From Longimicrobiales bacterium (GTDB lineage Bacteria; Gemmatimonadota; Gemmatimonadetes; Longimicrobiales; RSA9): DNA of 33,745 bases. The notes beneath the pieces are model-generated. The model was not told where the DNA came from. It saw nothing but the letters and a program-made list of their open reading frames with translations, and ran no database searches. Shown here piece by piece: positions 33,277 through 33,745 of the stretch; position 1 is the stretch's first letter, and every line of letters starts with the position of its first letter. A program made the translations under genes and the position numbers. Where the stretch lies: the NCBI GenBank assembly GCA_041617355.1, contig JBFJPA010000001.1, positions 1 through 33,745 of the forward strand, in the 5' to 3' direction.

Positions 33277-33745
33277 CTACCGTGCTTCCCGGATCTCGAG
33301 CGCGCCGGATGAACTGAGGATCTCCCTCGCCTCGGCCGCTCGCTCCGCCGACGCATCGATCTGCACGCCGAATCGGTCCGACGAGAACGAAGGATCGTAG
33401 ACGATCAGCGGCTTCCGGTTCGGCAGCCGCGCCAGGATGAACATGCCTGCCACCGTCGACAGCGCGCCGAACAGAATCGTCAGCTCGAACGCGATGATGA
33501 CCCAGGCCGGAAGCGAGATGATCGGCTTGCCGCCCGTCACGAGCGGCCAGTCCAGCGATGTCCAGGTCGGCAGCGCGAACCCCGTCGCCGTGCCCGTCAG
33601 TCCGCCGACCAGCGTGAACATGCGGACTCCGCTCTGCGGCGGGTGCAGCGCGTGCTCCAGATCGTGGCTCGGCATCGGTGAAAACACCGTGACCTTGCCG
33701 GCCTTCGCCTTGCGCAGCCGCTCGACCGCCTCGACCGCGCCATCC
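33277..33745 (-). CDS. actD: alternative complex III subunit ActD (DUF3341), 5'-truncated by the window edge
   Basis: The frame stays open to the window end (..DGAVEAVERLRKAKAGKVTVFSPMPSHDLEHAL..). Two TM helices follow (MFTLVGGLTGTATGFAL, PAWVIIAFELTILFGALSTVAGMF), then ...SDRFGVQI. The GTG at 33687 in the ORF track is internal. Confidence 0.7.
   Translation of the reverse strand, partial: DGAVEAVERLRKAKAGKVTVFSPMPSHDLEHALHPPQSGVRMFTLVGGLTGTATGFALPTWTSLDWPLVTGGKPIISLPAWVIIAFELTILFGALSTVAGMFILARLPNRKPLIVYDPSFSSDRFGVQIDASAERAAEAREILSSSGALEIREAR

Noticed and set aside
31249-33317. 544-aa minus-strand (31249..32883) and 642-aa plus-strand (31389..33317) ORFs over the ACIII genes
   Set aside because: These are off-frame or antisense to actF and actE, and their composition is Arg/Asp/His/Gly-rich.
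1-33745. Searched the window for defence systems, CRISPR arrays, transposases, integrases, toxin-antitoxin pairs and phage genes
   Set aside because: No spaced direct-repeat arrays were seen. No nuclease, helicase or methyltransferase motif sets were seen, no DDE or tyrosine-recombinase signatures, and no terminal inverted repeats. The unusual content of this window is respiratory, not defence or mobility.

Overview
The window is high-GC (roughly two-thirds G+C by eye) and densely coding. The gene content (GH97/GH13 starch genes, alternative complex III, several DUF families common in Bacteroidota and Gemmatimonadota) suggests a Gemmatimonadota- or Rhodothermota-like bacterium, but that is inference only. 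No rRNA, tRNA, CRISPR array, transposase or integrase was recognised.

Gene content, left to right:
- (1) 1-6244: a starch/maltodextrin locus with a partial GH13 alpha-amylase, a GH97 alpha-glucosidase, an SGLT-type Na+/sugar symporter and a secreted GH13 enzyme.
- (2) 6623-15209: a tightly coupled six-gene operon. It encodes a tandem-USP protein with two PCP_red-like modules, a radical-SAM/SPASM enzyme with a third PCP_red-like module, a cytochrome bd subunit-I-like membrane protein, and three c-type cytochromes. The bd-like protein has no CydB partner and no Q-loop. One of the cytochromes is fused to an ethylbenzene-dehydrogenase-like (EB_dh) haem domain.
- (3) 15364-19801: a lipoprotein cupredoxin followed by an aa3-type cytochrome oxidase operon (subunits II, I, III, IV).
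- (4) 19820-21901: four uncharacterised membrane or membrane-anchored genes, including an internally duplicated 8-TM protein and an HmuY-like protein.
- (5) 21926-26871: assorted small genes (DinB, DUF6090-like, VOC, DUF4256, DUF4199, DUF6265, PD40 propeller).
- (6) 26921-31129, minus strand: M19 dipeptidase, M14 carboxypeptidase and a PQQ/sorbosone-dehydrogenase-like propeller.
- (7) 31302-33745, minus strand: the 3' end of an alternative complex III operon (actD partial, actE, actF).

The best candidate for an undescribed system is operon (2). It looks like a non-quinol, cytochrome-c-linked bd-like redox module with its own putative cofactor maturase and sensor. All family assignments come from motif recognition by eye, and no database search was run. 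Many long ORFs in the six-frame track are Arg/Ala/Pro-rich shadow frames typical of high-GC DNA and were rejected.
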